Source of the DNA: Eubacteriales bacterium
Lineage (GTDB): Bacteria > Bacillota > Clostridia > Oscillospirales > CAG-272
Reading direction: 5' to 3'
Length of the DNA: 64,000 bases
NCBI GenBank assembly: GCA_045128275.1
Contig: JBGVRH010000063.1
Coordinates: forward strand, 1,739 to 65,738
Part shown: in pieces, positions 63,376 to 64,000 of the stretch
Layout: each line of letters begins with the position of its first letter
Position numbering within the stretch: the first letter of the stretch is position 1
The notes under the pieces: generated by a model
The model's input: only the letters and a program-made list of their open reading frames with translations
Databases searched by the model: none
Told to the model about the DNA's origin: nothing
Translations under genes and position numbers: made by a program

Positions 63376-63999
63376 TTATGCGGTAGCGGCGGTCTGCTCG
63401 GCTTGCTTTTTGCGCTTCATGAGCTTTCGGTAGAAGTACACGCAGAACAGGAAATGCACGCCGCCCGTGACGATCCAGGAGATGGGATAGCTGATATAGA
63501 GAGCCATGATCTGACCGGGGAACAGGGGGCAGACGGTGAAGACCCAGATGATGCGGAAGACGCAGGAGCCGAGGAGGGACACGATCATGGGCTGGACGGC
63601 TCTGCCCATGCCGCGCAGGATCCCGCACCCCACGTCCATGAGGCCGCAGAGGAAGTAGGTGGCGGCGATGATCTGCAAGCGTTGCACGCCTGCTTGCACG
63701 ATGAGGTCGCGGTTCTCCCCCGAGGCGTAGATGAGCAGGAGCTTATCCCCGAAGAAGACCAGAATACCGCTGAGGGTCAGGCCGATGACCAGCACCATAC
63801 CCGCGCACTGGAAGGAGATCTTCTTGATGCGCTCGAACTTCCCTGCCCCCACGTTCTGACCCACGAAGGTCACGGCGGCCTGGTAGACCGAATTCATGGC
63901 GGTGTAGACGAAGCCCTCCAGATTGCCCGCCGCGGTGTTGCCCGCGATGGTGACGGTGGGGTAGGCGTTGACCGCCGACTGGATGATGACGTTGGACAA
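63376..63999 (-). CDS. MATE-family efflux transporter, C-terminal part (gene continues off the right edge)
   Basis: Polytopic; VGQNVGAGKFERIKK...AATYFLCGLMDVGCGILRGMG is typical of the MATE second half. Confidence 0.75.
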   Translation of the reverse strand: MSNVIIQSAVNAYPTVTIAGNTAAGNLEGFVYTAMNSVYQAAVTFVGQNVGAGKFERIKKISFQCAGMVLVIGLTLSGILVFFGDKLLLIYASGENRDLIVQAGVQRLQIIAATYFLCGLMDVGCGILRGMGRAVQPMIVSLLGSCVFRIIWVFTVCPLFPGQIMALYISYPISWIVTGGVHFLFCVYFYRKLMKRKKQAEQTAATA

Positions 64000-64000
64000 A

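Overview
64 kb from a high-GC, spore-forming Firmicutes (Clostridia) chromosome. spoVG, murC and spoVAC are recognisable; any finer taxonomy would be a guess. The GC-rich core is dominated by very large secreted or lipoprotein glycan-active proteins (LamG/DUF1080-like, pectate-lyase fold, PHP, discoidin, CotH+RCC1) with AraC/LacI-type regulators. Visibly AT-richer accessory segments are interleaved with them. (i) A ~1.9 kb integrase-less islet sits in the 3' end of tRNA-Pro(CGG) (5997-7906); its only clear cargo is a membrane-anchored dCTP-deaminase/dUTPase-fold protein. (ii) An orphan XRE-TPR (RRNPP-like) regulator is bracketed by REP-like repeats. (iii) A chain of accessory modules runs from ~18.8 to 52.4 kb, separated by repeated junctions carrying a tRNA-Ser 3'-end-like motif (GGCGGAGATGG). 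It includes an XRE/nucleotidyltransferase TA-like pair, a 1559-aa SF1 helicase fused to a Vsr/DUF559-like nuclease, and a low-GC sugar-utilisation cassette. (iv) A 12.3 kb integrase-bearing phage-like or satellite-like element is inserted in tRNA-Ser(GCU) (40058-52350). It has exact 23-bp att repeats, arm-type repeats, HicAB, a Panacea (DUF4065) antitoxin paired with an uncharacterised 3-TM protein, an unusual iteron-like array and a candidate antisense sRNA. Long ORFs antisense to the GC-rich genes look like shadow ORFs and were not called. All domain calls come from motif recognition by eye; no searches were run.
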